A stretch of 64,000 nt of DNA from Callorhinchus milii. Its lineage: Eukaryota. Position 1 is the stretch's first letter, and each line of letters begins with the position of its first letter. Shown in pieces: positions 13,653-28,159 of this stretch. The translations under genes were made by a program, and so were the position numbers. The stretch is from assembly GCF_018977255.1 (NCBI RefSeq), contig NW_024704758.1:12462001-12526000 (forward strand), given 5' to 3'. Below the pieces are notes generated by a model, which was given only the letters and a program-made list of their open reading frames with translations, did no database searches and was not told the origin of the DNA.

Positions 13653-15830
13653 ACAAATAGCATTCTTTAAAAGCACAAATGAACAGTAGTGGAGGTTACA
13701 GAGTGTAACAATGAGAGAGCACACAACACAAGGCTGATGGCTTTAATTTGCTGCATTCAAATGAATGCACCGTTCTTATTTTGGATCTTATATGACTCCA
13801 TTTGCCAGAATCCTGCCAGTCACACCTCATTAACTTGATCAGTTTTGACAGATACTAAATTGTCACAAAGCGAGATGGCTGCTGGATTAGGAAGTCACAT
13901 CAGTGCTAGTTTATCCTGACTTGGTTGTGGCATAAGCCAAATATTTTAATGACCTTTTGTGTAGGAACCAAAGAAAAAAGGCAAATTTATTAATGTTAAC
14001 CAGACGAGCTCTTGAAACACATGCAAGAATCTGGTGGATGAAATTATTAGAGCATATTTACAATTATTATAATTATTTTAATTATTATTAAAACTCTAAC
14101 TTTTAATTTTATGGGAAATTTAAGGAATTGTACAGATTTGCATCACACTTCCAAAAATGCTGCTTTATACTTTTTTTTCTGAAAGTACTATTTATTTGCT
14201 AATACAGTAGAGAAATTCAGTTGATGGCTTTCATTCCAGTGTTTGAAATAAATTCAAATAAACTTGTGACTGAAGTGGGGAACAGCACAGCGACCTACCA
14301 GTGCTTGCAAAAGCAAGTTATAACTTGTAGTACTTCTAATTATGGTAATTCTGGATACTGTTAGCAATACAAACCACTTCATACTGTAATATTATTTACA
14401 CACAATGAAGGGAACGGTGCACGAACAATTTAAATACGTTTTCATTCAATTGCTGCAATTGAAACCCCTGCAGAGTAAAGTCTTAAAGTCTTTATAATAT
14501 TTAGATTCAGGAAACCCTGACAGCAATTCAAAAAGCAGGACAAATTCAAAGGCAAGAACGCTTGTAAAGTTTATGGTATTAAAAGCCAGTGACTAAAACA
14601 TTGCAAATATGCAATAAGTTTACTGCAGTGACTTTTGTTCAGATTGGTTGTTTAAGACCAGCAACAATGATAATGTCAGATTATGAGTGATCTGATGAGA
14701 AGTTATAAATCTGTTGTACAATTTCTGTCAGGATCAGGAATCAGGTTTGTTTCAAGTTGTTTAAGGTTGCAAAATGATTTGTTATGTACAGAGGTTGTTG
14801 ATGTATCCGAGCCAATGATAACACAAATTAAACAATCACTTTAATTAAGCTTTGAATAAACTCTTTAGATCTTTAGTATTATACAATAACAAAAAATAAC
14901 CTTGTTAATGTTAGTTTTCTTCTTAAAATACGTATACTATTTTTCTTGTGGTTTGATCTTGTAACTATTATCATATCCCACCAGTGACTAAAATGGACTG
15001 TGCTCTTTGTAAGAAAATCGACTGACATCTGCCCACATTTTGCGATGAAAATAATGCACCCGATGTTTCTGCCTCTTCGTGGCGAGCGAGTTATAAATTA
15101 AACAATGTCCAGTTTAATACATAGGACTCACGTCGTGATTGTCTAAATTAGTCCTGAAAGCCAAACTGATGAATAACAGAATGCCTGTGTCCCCTCCTGG
15201 AGTGTCTGTTAAGGGTCACGATTGAAATGAATTGCTCGCTGTCTCACTGTGATCCTCAGTGGACATAGGTCCATAGGGCAAACTCTCCCTAATATGGGAG
15301 GTTAAAATGAAAGGGCCAGACTACACAGCATAAAAATCTAATGTGACAGAGCAGCAGGGCTTTTCTGAGGGGTCGGTCAGGATTAGATGATTCTAAGGGT
15401 ACCTTGCAGTGCTATGTACCTTGCTCACAATACCTGTAAATTGCTTTGTACGGGCATCAGCTAGTCTCTTGCTTTGTAAAGGTTGCTCTTTATGTTCGCA
15501 TCTTGATCAGTTTATTATTTAAGAGTTTGAGTTCCTTGTGTTTATGTTCATCAAGTTAAATTAATATTTATTCCAACATTCATTCATTGCAGCCCCTCCC
15601 TCTCATTATATCAAATCATCCTCATAATCGTACACAAATTTAAGTCTTAAATTAAACTTTTTTTTCCCCCGCAAGATCTTTCTTTGTTTCCAGACTCTCC
15701 ACATATCAGCTATAGCTGAGACTGGCAAATCAATTGCTACCAAGGCTACCAATACATCTCAATATAAGATACTAGGAGAGGAGTGACTGATCCAAGCTCC
15801 TTCCCTCTTCCCCCACCCCTTACCCGTTCC

Positions 15831-15962
15831 TTACCTGTTATGTCTATAACATGTAAAGAAGATCATCTAAAAGTTAAGGTTAAACAAGTTATGAACTTGC
15901 CTAATATCTAGTTTGAACAAGCTATGATACTTACCTGTTATGTCCATAACAAGTAACAAAGA
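15831..15962 (+). repeat. Short direct duplication, 100 bp apart
   Basis: TTACCTGTTATGTCYATAACAWGTAA at 15831 and 15931. Confidence 0.7.
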
Positions 15963-16089
15963 AAAACAGCAGAAATAGGAGGAAGGAAGAGATATAAATC
16001 CACTAGCAATGACAGCCTCACCTCTCCTGGGCAGCAATCTCAGTTAGCTATTCAACAGTGAGGAGAAGGAAAGTCACAGCAAAGTCACT

Positions 16090-16270
16090 TCTTGTTCAGG
16101 ATCCACATACACACAAAGTGGTCACTAGCAATTAAGGAAATGGAACTCCTGTTGATTTCCACCCCCACTTTCCTGGCTCAGGAATGTTGAGGCCAATTGT
16201 AGCAATGCCACTGTCACCCTGGATTAAATCAGAAAACTCAGCAAAGACCAGGGCTTGGACCTGCTTGGAC
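16090..16270 (-). mobile_element. AmnSINE2-like SINE
   Basis: ggtcactag...gttgatttcc...ctcaggaatgttgaggccaattgtagca...aaatcagaaaactcagcaaagaccaggg is the reverse complement of the recalled AmnSINE2 5'/central region. Confidence 0.6.
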
Positions 16271-16397
16271 ATGGTCTCCCACCACGCAGCGTGTCACTGA
16301 GAGAATAGGAGTAACAATTGATGCTTGATTCCGATTTTAATTGAAGTTAGAGTGATGTTTTGCCCAAGAATACACAGTCGCTACGCCTAGCAGTAAA

Positions 16398-16470
16398 TCA
16401 TGTGAAGAACCTCGAGACATTTTGATGACATAATAAGGAGCTGTATTAAATGCAAGGATTGTTTGTTTAT
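16398..16470 (+). mobile_element. Decayed SINE 3' tail
   Basis: tgtgaagaacctcgagacatt...ataaggagctgtattaaatgcaaggattgtt. Confidence 0.6.
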
Positions 16471-19400
16471 TTATAAACATTGTCCAACAGCGGATTCACT
16501 CTTTTGGCATCAAATGTTCTTATATATATATATATTTATAACATCTACAAATAAGATAAAGGAGAATTGGGTTAAATGTCTTAATTCATGTGATGTTAAA
16601 CATAATTTTTTTGAATTGGATTGTTGATTAAAATACTTCACTCAGGGAATACCTGATCAAATCATTAGGGCAAGTCCAGTTTCTGAAAAAACACACCCAT
16701 TTAACTATTCTATTAATAATTTAGGTGAGAATGGAGGAAGAATTCAAAAGTTTAGAAGATCTGTATCGAGAAACTAAATTATCTTTCCTAAGTGAATAAC
16801 AATTTTCTTCATAGATTGTTCCAATGAAAGCAAACACTATAAAAATGCACCGGAAATTAAGCCCAGGGATGTGGAGCCATGAATTTTGACCAAACAAACT
16901 TCTCTTTAATTTTTACCCCCTGAGCCTTTTTTCAAAAAAACAAAAGGTGGTCTGACATTTATTTTGGTCTTAAAATATTCCACCAGTCTTGAAAACCCTA
17001 CTCTATACACAAAGTCAGAAAGAATATCTGGCTACAGTTTACCTGCAAATGGTCACACTGCGCCCTGTTCACCCACCCACTGGAGTCACTTTGTATAATT
17101 TATGCTTTGACAGAGACCAGATAGACTTCAGACTTTGTCTGACAATGCTTTTTAAAAAATCTTTGAAAGGCACTATGTCTGAGGCCTGGCTGACTGTTAA
17201 CTGAGGAACTGAACTACATTTGATTGGCACTATCTGTTACAGGCAATGAACTCCACTTGAACATGGTCTTTATGCTGCTGTGTAAAGTTGTTCAACTGTG
17301 ACCCCTCCATCTGTTACAGCTAATCTGAAAGTCATTTTGGCCTGCTTCCTCATTCATCCCAAACCAAACCCACTCTCCATTAACACTCGTGTAAAGATAG
17401 CAGTCTGTCAACAATTTAAACCTTTCTGAAGTAAAAAACAAAAAAAATCCCATCAATGACAGCAGCTCTGCTTCAGAGCAGTTCTTAACTATTTTTGACT
17501 GACGGACACAATTTATTTTTAAAATACACATCAAAAAATACCCCAAATGTTGGTGGTATTCCCAGACAAACCAACGTTTGTTCTTATGTTTGTTCAAAAT
17601 ATTAAACATTTCCAACAATAGAAATGTAATTTTAAAGTTGAAAAAAAAATACACTGGAAGTCTTCTAAATCCTTCAATTTCTATTTTATTTTAGGTAGGT
17701 CATTAAAAAAAAGTGTTTTAAAGGAATTTCCCTTATATATGAAACTTATGTGTGGCATTATCCGTGATAAATGAAACCTAGAGTGTTTTAGCTTATGTTA
17801 CACAGGATTATGCTAACTTCTGCACGAACATTAGTCGCTTCTAGCAATCAGGGCAACGTTGATCAGTGAATATGATGCAACAAAAAGTAATTGAAACCTC
17901 GCTGCTCCTATTTGGGATGTAAGAGGGGAGGGGAATTATCACCAGTGCTAATTATCACACGAGCCCCCCCAAAAACTCCAGCCCCCAGCCCACTGATAAA
18001 CATCAACTGTTGTTGACCACATTTTTGGTCAATATGATAATTAACAATGGTGTTAATGTCACACGCTGTATCCCTGCTTTCATCATCTCCATCACATGGG
18101 CAAAAATGGCTAGCTATAGTTTTACCATTTAAGTTATGAATCGAGATGGGTTTCTGATAACTAACTATCCAGCAACTTGCATGTTATATCGCCCATGTTA
18201 AAAATGCTCAAAACTAAACTGAGCACATGCAGACAACATGACAGAAGTGAAAACAGAGTGGCTTGGAGTGGTGGTGGGGGGAGATGAAAGCGATTATCTC
18301 CTTTGAGCTCCTCTTTCACCCAGCAGCACAAGCTAAGTGAAAAAAAAGTTAAATGTTACTAAAATAAAAGTGACCTCTCATCTGAAAACAATATATACAA
18401 TACCATAATTTCCATTCACATAGCGCCTTGTTACAGAACACTCAAGGGAGTCCTGTATTCGGAGAGAATTACTCTAGCTTTGGAAATGTAAATACACTTA
18501 ATTTAAAATCATTTCTCGTCTGCCTCCAATACCACTGAACTAATTGCATTCCCCGTCAGATGTGCTGATCTCTATTCTCCAGTTAACATAAGAAATCTTC
18601 ATTAACAGATTGAGTTTCAAATGGGAAGAGAAAAGGAGGCAGCTGGGGATTAATGGCCAGATATTAGGAATAAAAACCAATAAGAAGAGCTGAATACTTA
18701 ACATTTTACACATTTATTACATTTTCTATAATTCTGCTTTATTCCTTTTAATTAGTTCCTGATTTAACACCATGTTTTTCTGTGTTAATAGATAATAAAT
18801 CTATCATCAAAGCCAAATTGAATCCTAAAATGTACACTTGCAACGGCACATTCACAAAGGACCAATAATGGGATGAATGGTGTCAGGACCACATATTCAC
18901 CTAAATATTGCTCCTTTCTTTTTTTTTCACCAAATGTATTATTAACTGTAAAGGTTATATAAAGGTGGTGACTGAGAATTCAGCCCATACTAATGGGACA
19001 TCAAGAACATGGTAAACAACATCCATTTCACAATGAAAAAAGTTACGCATTCAGGATCGTTAATGTTTGAGCAATACAGTAGGTTTAGATAACTGCATCT
19101 TAACCTTATGCATATTATATCAGGTCAAATAGTTTTGGGAGAATTCTCTGAAGCAAGGTACTAGCATAATCAAGTTTATTCATCGTACCACATGGAATAA
19201 GACTGAGTTAATGCAATTAATGCAAGCAGGAATCTAGCTTCTTTATCACCAATTGTCTCATTATGTAGGCTAAAGCTATTTTGTTCTGACAGACACCTAC
19301 TTGGTACTGGAAGTCCTTCTGGATTGTTTATTTGCAGAATTTGAATACTCAGATTTTAGTAGCACAGTTTCACATCATATACTATAGCTGGACAAAAATA

Positions 19401-21764
19401 AAATGTCTGCAAAGAACAATTATCGCTACAAAATTAGCCCCTTTTTGAATGATCTGCTTCTGTCAGGTGGGAAAATTAATTTATGACATAACAAGAAACA
19501 AGGGAACTCTGTGTAGAGTAACTGTGCCAAGGATGCCTTTACGACAGACACAACAACTCTTCAGGACTCACTGGTAATGTATACAAATATCTCCCTTTAT
19601 AACATATTATGTGGCAATTACCCGGACGGACACACTTCTCATTTAACTACTCAATCAGGTATTTTGGCTCAGTGTTCACTTGGCAAGAAGCTAGTTAATT
19701 TGTTCGCTCTGATGCTGAAGCCAGCAAGCTAATCTGGCAAATGGATTACTGAAAGCACGTTAGGAATCATTATCTTAAATAAGTGAATATAATTGGCACT
19801 AATTAATGAAGCTTTGAACAGTTGGGTATCTAGTAACTGAAGGAGTTGGCTTCTCAAACACCAGAATTGTAACTGAAGTGAACATATTCTTAACGTAGAA
19901 AACTTCACATTACTGATAATAGTCAATTATTTGTGTTAAAATAATCCAGAAATTTGATGACGAGTATTAAGGTTCAGAAAAAATGCAATACATATTTTGG
20001 AATATTGAGAAATGTTTCTTTAATTTTCCATAAATCTACTGAAATTATTACTTAAGAATCTGTAAAACAAGTTACTGCCTTAACTTTTTTCTTGCAGCAT
20101 TCTTTCAAAAAGTCCCATGGGCTCCGTAATACATACATGTTTATTGCAAAGTAAATCAAAACTGTGCTGTTTTTTATTTTGAATTTTACAAAAAGACTAT
20201 GAATACTGAAATACCACACATGGTTCTGTGTAATTATCCATTCAATGTTAATTGACTACACCAATGATTCATTTTACAGCTTTATATGTCGAAAATAAAT
20301 GGATATTTTTCATTAAAAACTTTTAAAAATCTCATCAATAAGAGTTCGAAAAAGCACATCTTGGTACATTTCTGCAGAATCACATTCCAGATGTATGGAG
20401 TTGAAATCCCAGCTGATTAAAATGCTTACAATGTCTGAAATAGCCCACAGTGAGAATGATGGAACACAGCAATAGCTATGAGCACGCAAAGTCTAAACAC
20501 TCCAGACCAGAGAGAGAACACAATGTGAAACTCTCCTTGTACAGTACAGTACAGAAGTGATGTTCCTTCGTACAATAAATTCCCATTGCTGATTAAAGAC
20601 TATTGCTCATTTGCATCTGGTGCACATTCAGCTGATTTGGGGTTTTCAGACTGAGCGCTTCGGTGGACGTGTATGAATTAGAAATGTTATCGATATAAAG
20701 ACAGGTGATGGGTGATCTTGATAGTGGAGAGGTTCACGAGTGAAGACAATTTTTTTTGAAACACACTCAGGACTTTAGACAACGTTTGCTTACAAAAATA
20801 AGAGTTTGTTAGGATATGAAGTTGATACATTTGCAGAGCCATGCATTATAAATCGAGAAGGCTTTGCTTCTTTGTTAACCCTTCCAGGAGAGGAATGTTA
20901 TTTGAACACACATTTGTCAAAAACACTGTTTTGGTACTTTATGCTCTGTACATTACAAAAGTGTTGGGTACTACGTTTTAACAGCACATTCTCAACTTAG
21001 AATAGCATTGTATTGGAACAAGGCAATGGATGCAAGCACCACAATTTGATTCAGTGAAGAACCATAAAGTCCACGCAACATCACCAGTCTTGAAGGAGTT
21101 AAGAAGGTTCCAACTTGGCAACAGCTTGTAGAGAGTAAATCCTCTCATGGAGGTTTTGTTGAACCGAATAAATTCAATTTTAAAATCCTTCCTTGATCTA
21201 AGCTTGCTTAAGTTCTCACTGAAGCCCAAGGACCCTTGGGTCAAGGTCAATAACAAAAGAAAGGAAAATCTGTCTCTCTCCCATATTTCTTTGCAGTACA
21301 CCAAAAGCCTTCATATCACTATTAAAAAAAATCCATATTTTCTATGACTGTCTCAATGCTATCCTTGACCGGTTCCCTCTTTGCTCATTATCTATGAATT
21401 ACAATTACTGAGGGATTCCAAGTTTAACTGAGGTGATGTAATAATTTCATCTGGAAAACTGCGGGGATAATAATGACTTAATACCAATGCCGTGTCAACT
21501 CGCTCCTGGGCTTGGAACTAGCTCTGTTTGACCACACTGAGTTCTTTGTAACAGCCAGTTCTATGCATCCGTTGCCAATAACAGGCCTCACAACAACTGC
21601 AGATTCTAATTACTTATACATGACTTGCTAGAAGTCTATTATACATGACATTAGGTCCATTTTGTGAGGGGTGCCGTTCAATGCATCCTATCTTAAGTTG
21701 TCTTTCATGACCGTGCTGCGTCCCCTCGAAACAAATCCAGCACTTTCAGAGGGAGAAGAGGGAA

Positions 21765-21794
21765 AAATTGTCAATATGTAAATTGTCAATATGT
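21765..21794 (+). repeat. Perfect 15-bp tandem duplication
   Basis: AAATTGTCAATATGT twice in a row. Confidence 0.85.
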
Positions 21795-23714
21795 ACGTGG
21801 TGAACACAGTCTCGTTTGTTACCTTTTTAAAGAACTGTCACAAAGAAACAATCCTCTGTGTTACAATGATGAAAATCCATTGGGCAAACTCAAGAAATCA
21901 CATTTTGAGGGAGAATTACAGAATAATTACACATATGCTTAGATCACAAGCATTCAATGAAGCTGACAATATTTCAAGGATTTAAGATGTTGGTGTTGTG
22001 CCTGTCTCCAAGAAACCAGGATAATTCGGACATTCAAATGCAAAACCGCACCATTTGGAGAGTGTAATGCAGTCTGTTCTGGTCAGTATTACAAATTCTG
22101 GAAAGGATTCCCTGGCCCAGACATTAGACACTTAATACCTAAATCTGTTTCCAAATGTAAAGCAGCAAACAAAAGCGTGCTGTATAGATGAAATGCGTCT
22201 CTACTGGTGTAAAAATAATTACAACAGATATGCCTGCCTCATAGAATTGATAAGCCTCTTTGCTGACTGCGGCACTCAGTGCAAGTCATTAAAAATACAT
22301 ATCAATTCCTTCCAGGCCCGGCATGTACAATCCAGTGAGCATACCAGAGAACCACGATTATAGTCTGTGCATCTTGACTAATTTACTGAACATCAAAAGA
22401 AAATTTAAAGAAGTGGTTTTCTATTTGTTGGTGAATATTCGGGTATATCTGTCATTTCCAAAACCATTCAACAGCAGTATCAATACAGCAACCCCTTTGC
22501 CTAACTCAATCCTCCTATTTAATTTCTCTGCAGACTTTTAAAGTTTATCCAGTTATTGTTTTAATTATGCATTTAACATATTTGTTCCAGAAAGAGTGAA
22601 TAATACCAACATCTTTCCACGCATCACACACGGCAAGCACAGTGCAGATTAAGTGAGGCTTTTGAAGCTAAAGGAACAAAAGTTTCATATGGGTTGCTAA
22701 GAATTATCTATTCGGTTTTAAAATTTGTCTACTTTATCTTTGATTTATTTAAACAGCTCTTTCCTTACTGGATATGTTCGGTTCATTGTGATGTAACCAA
22801 AGTATCCTTGATCTCGGCTAACCATCATCCATCAAGCAATCAACGAGAATACCTTTCTGTCACTGAAAATTTCCGTATTCGAAAGCGCAGCAAAATAGAA
22901 ACCTGGAATTGAAATGTAAATATTTTCAAGTTAATAATGCATGGCCTTTGGATTCAGCAGGGCTGTGTTTAAATGCTCATCTATGTAAAGTTGATTCAGA
23001 AATTAATCTGAAGCAGCTCCCTGCACTGCACAGATGGCAAGTTTTACATTCACAGACAAAAAAGGCAGGATAGTACACAATTCACTTCTTTTTTAAAATC
23101 ACATTCAAAAGGTTTCATGTAATAGCTTTAACTGAGTTTGCATTAAGATTCTTAAATGCATTTTGAAAAGCACTAAAATTATGCAGTAACCAACATTCAC
23201 ACAAGACCGTGCCATGGTTTTCCATAATGTATGTTCCAATGTAGACACTGTGGTTTCTTTCTTTGAATTACATGGTTAAACAGATGCTTCTAATTAAAAG
23301 CAAGCAGGGAATGATTAAGCAATACTGTCACCGCCAATGAAAACAGCTACCCACAACGTATTCTGCAAATTGCACTTTCGTGTATTTAAAATGCATTATG
23401 TGTTTAAGAACAAGAGTTTGTTAAACAGGGCTTTAGATATGATTTAATAGTTGCAGACAATATGCTGTATTGGGTGCTAAGTTTTTACCCTAGTCTTAGA
23501 ACAGCTCAAATTAATCTGAGGTTTACTTTGTGTAACAGAAACTCACGCAGAACATGTTCTGATGTGTTCATGTGATTTCTTCAGCCTCCGATCAGGAGGT
23601 GGGAATAATCACACATTGAAAATAAACATGTTTATTGAATATTTATATTAAGGATCAGAAGCAGGAATCATTCATGGTTATCCAGCACAAATCATAAAGG
23701 AGATCTTTTGACTC

Positions 23715-23860
23715 TAACCTGAACATCTAATCTGAAAGACGGTACCTCCCACAATGCAGAACTCTCCCAACACTGCATTGGAATATCAGCCGAGTGTATG
23801 AGCTCAAAATCCTCGTGTGAGGCTTGAACCCGCTCAGAAGCAAGCATGCTACAGAGCCAG
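23715..23860 (-). mobile_element. DeuSINE-like 5' part (tRNA-derived head)
   Basis: aacatctaatctgaaagacggtacctcccacaatgcag...cactgcattggaatatcagcc...gctcaa...ggcttgaaccc...gagcca is the reverse complement of the heads at 30.4 and 32.9 kb. Confidence 0.7.
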
Positions 23861-26800
23861 ACTGATATTACTGAGCATTATTTTTAACCTTCCCAACCCA
23901 CTACCCAACCAGTACCAGTATATATTGGTGAATGTAAATGGAGATGGGCACCATTCTTCCAATCTTTTATCTTACTAAAGAATGCAGTCAATTTTAACCT
24001 TACAGCTCTTCTCTCATGATATTTGCACTCATGTGCCAATGAAGGTCTGAGCATATTGAGGGTTGCTCAATCAAAAAGATTGGTGGGGTGTAGAGCGCTC
24101 AATATAGATTGGTTCACACAGTGCAGTGTTTCTGGGGTGCTTTTGTATGAGGAATTAAGGACTCCCCAGTCCTCTTATTTATTTGGGGGTTCAGTGTTGC
24201 TGAAAGGGGAATTGAGGGAGTGTTTGATGCTTCCCCAGCTTTGTTACAGGTGCAGAGTTACGTTAAAACCTAGCCCAAGATTTCAATAAATGTCTTATGA
24301 ATTTGGATGCATATATATATTCATTGACAAAATGTTAAAGCTCCACAGCAATTTTCTGTAATACTTTAGCACATACTTTAGCATCATTCTAGTGTTTGCT
24401 AAACAAAAAGCTAACACAGACTGCTTGCTAAATTTTTATTTCTACGTTCAGCTTCATACAACTACAAGCTTGAAATTCCTCACCCTCTAATGCTGAAAAG
24501 TTATAATATGGAAAGGGAGGAAGAGTAACTCCACTCACAACCCCTCCACCCACCCCCAAATGGTTTGATTTGGAACTGTCCCCTGATAAACAAAACATAC
24601 ACATTTCTTTTATTTTATCATGCACAAAGGTTTAAGGACAATCCTTTCAAATAACTTGTTGAGTTGAGGTCTGATCTTTTTATAAAACAACTCCAATTCC
24701 CATTTTAATTCTCGTGCAACAAATACTGTAAAAGTTAACATTTCATGTGACTTGTTATGGCGCCTTCTTTAACCAGTTGGCATTATTCATGAAACACTCA
24801 GCCATGAAATTTCTTATTGTCAATGCTTAGATGTGGAAATGTCAAGCATTCATGAAAACTAAAGGCATGAAAAATTGATAAAATTACAGTCTGTTCATGG
24901 AGTAAAGAGGGGGAAACAAAAACAAATTGGTTTTTAGTCTGCATCTGTAAGGATTCTGGTGGCAGTTTTCAACAGGTGAAATTCTTCATTGCGAGACTGT
25001 CAGATGAATAAAGCAGGGTGACCCCAGCAAAAATTCAATGAGAAGAGTTGAGATTGCACGAACACTGTCCTCAGCCACCAGCAACATGTTGTAAAACAGG
25101 ATTTACATGCAACGGTTTCCAATGATTAACACAGAGTCTTTGCTAACACAGTTGTATCGATTTATTTTTTTAAGCAGACTCTGCGTTAAAAGTCTCACCT
25201 GTCAGAAACAATTCTTATTTCCCCAACATGTTTAAAAAGAGTTCTAAATGTGACTCAATACAATGAGGCACAAAACGTCAGCAAGTCTACTTTGAAAAAT
25301 GTGCTGTAGAATAAAAAAATAACTGCTAGAAGGAGCTGCAGGAAACCAAAATAGTAAGTATAATTTTAAAAAAAAGTTAAAGTTGGATTATACAGATATT
25401 AAGGTTACGATTACAAATTATATATATTGTATATATATGTCTGCTTTCATGCACATTTTGCTGTTGTGCGATACTTTTGCACTTATTTTCTCATTTGGGA
25501 GTTTGCAACAATTGAAACAGAGAGGGAAAAAAATCCAACTCTTGGCCTCTTTGACAAAAATCGCTGAAATCTGGCCACCTGATGGGCCCTCAGGGTTAAT
25601 TAGAAAATCCCTATCAAGAGCTTGGAGGCCAATATCAGCTGTCAAAATCCCACGTTTCCCCCATTCACCTCTTTCAAGTGCAAAACAACCTGTGTCTGAA
25701 AATGTGCCAAAGAATAAAAGGGCACACTACCACTGTGGGCTTTTACTTGAGCCCATTCAGAGCCGTGGTATTATGAATACAGCAAAATCTCAAATGAAAC
25801 TTTTAATCTGCACATTGCATTCAGCCCAAAGAAAAAAAAGGCTTCCTTTTTACAATTTCCCCCCACAAACCCTTTGTGTGGCTGCAGTCCTATAAAGCTC
25901 AGATTTTACTGTGACCCAGCAAGGGTTTATTGCCACAGAAGGCCCTGCAACTAACCCTTTTGTCCAAAGCCACCTACTAGCCCCCCAAGCCACAAGTAAG
26001 TTATGCAAATGGGATCTGAAAGCCAACTATCAAAATCGCCTACAGAATATTATAACACTGTGTAAACTTTCCAAACCTTGCCCTAATCTGCTTAATTACT
26101 CCAGTAACAAGCAGCACAACGTCCTTTGCCTCTAACTGCCAGCACGATAAATTGTCTTGGCCATTCAATACACTCTGTTCTTTGCTGCAAACGCTGGAAG
26201 TGAAACTCAAGTGAACCACTCGCCAGGGATTCACATATTTTTAAAAAAAGTATAAAATGCACATTTTACTCAGAATTAAATGTGAAATAAAAAAAATCTC
26301 AAAAGAGCACATTAAATGTCTAAAAGCTCCATTCTAGAAAACCCTTTTTTTTGTCAATATAGTTCCTCTCTTTATCTGAAGGAGGCAAGATTTCATGACT
26401 GACTGAAAATGAAAAACACTTAAAAGATTGAGCTCTACCCTTCAAGTGAGTATTTTTTGTTATTTTCTCCCAGTGCAGTAACACCTACATTGTATGCAGG
26501 AAGACAGAGACCATTCAGTGCTTCGGAAAGCCATTCACTGACAGACAGCTGGAGAGGCCAAGTGTTCAGCTCCCCCTTCACTCATGGATGGGTTTTGTGC
26601 AAAGCCATCCTTGGAGGCTTTCCCTCCCTAGATTCTGACACAGAGAAAGTGCACCCGCTGAATTCACTTGAAAAACAAGCAGATATTTTATCTGGTCTCC
26701 ACTCCATTTTATTGCTGTTTGAAATGGGGAAGATGCCACTGGGCCTCTTGTTTATAGTGAGACAACAGAGAGAGATGGACAAAGACAGTGGCCACTTGGT

Positions 26801-27349
26801 TTTACAGCCTTAATTTAGTATCAGTCCTGTCTAAGGGACTGGTGAATGAACTGCCTGTTTCAAAGGAGATCTTTATAGAGTGGTCAGAGTTCAAAAGGTC
26901 TTGACTGAATGTTTGAGACCTTTCTGCCCCCGGACTTGACCAATTGAGAGCGGGAGCAAATGCCACAGAAAGCAATGTGGCTGTTCCCTTCATGAAGTCT
27001 AAAAAGATGATCTGAAGCCTTTCACCTCATCTATCTTTTCTTAAATCCTTGTTATAGCTGTACCTTCTCCACTATTGTTCTTTTTATTTACTAGTGATTA
27101 CTTGGTGAATTATCCTAATTATCTTAAGAGATCACTTTGTAATTTTTAAAAAAAAATCTTATTCAGCATATTTTAATAAGCGAGTTGCTTTACTTTTCTG
27201 AACTTCAATTTAATCTGCATCTATCTTTTTTTAAATCCTTTTGGAAATGCAAAGCAAATATGAATGAAATCATATTTATTATATCCACACAATTATATTC
27301 ATAAACATTGCTACCCTCCAATTACTCAATGTTCGGGGTCCGAAATCCG

Positions 27350-27512
27350 TCATTTTCTAACAGGATTTCACAATAAGGAAACCAGGTAGACTTCTTGAAG
27401 TGCATCATTGACAGAATCTCCACACTGAACATAGATCAGTCAACTTTGAATCAACCACAAGTCAATGGGATGTTCTTCCTGTTTCCTTAGTATGAAATCC
27501 CATTGGAAATCG
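27350..27512. mobile_element. Palindromic MITE-like element
   Basis: Imperfect inverted arms ATTTTCTAACAGGATTTCACAATAAGGAAACCAGG and CCTGTTTCCTTAGTATGAAATCCCATTGGAAAT, plus an inner CATTGAC/GTCAATG pair. Confidence 0.55.
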
Positions 27513-28159
27513 CCACACATTAGATCTTATTGGCTTCAGAGGATAAATAAATGGGAACAATGAGCTACCTTAATCTCTCCCCTGAAGTTCACTTAGTTAA
27601 TGAAGATGACTTGATTATTTTATTTAATCGACCTTATATAACTCTCTGTTTGCAAATGATTTAAGTGAAACAATTTTGAAAAGTTATCCCACTTCCGAAA
27701 GAAACAAAAATCTTGGAAAAAGCATCGTCCGTACATGAGGTACAGTTTGAAATACAATGTCATTTTATTTACTAGCACTTTTCGGACTAATTATAGAGTA
27801 TTCACCCATGAGCACCTGCTGAACATGTCATGGTTATCTTTGTCTCCTGGAACAGTACTAAACGTCCTCCCAGGAAACTCTTTCAGACACTGCAGGTGGC
27901 AACTAAATTGGTAAAAAGTCATTTTTTTAAGGTTACACTTTTCTTTTAATAGACCATTGAAATGCAAATGAATACCTCAAGTTATCTCCAATGAGGGACA
28001 AACACCTACTGAATTTGAATTGGAGCTGTTTTGGCCAGTTTTAATTGACAACATTGGCACGATAAGGAAAACAAAATTGATTCCGTCATTTTGGAAGGGG
28101 ATTTTATTGACCATCATTGGCAAATAATCGCAGCACAAATAAGGTGAGGCTGCCAATAT

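Noticed and set aside
25383-25895. 170-aa + strand ORF
   Set aside because: TTG start, no recognisable domain and no exon context; likely a chance ORF over a regulatory block.
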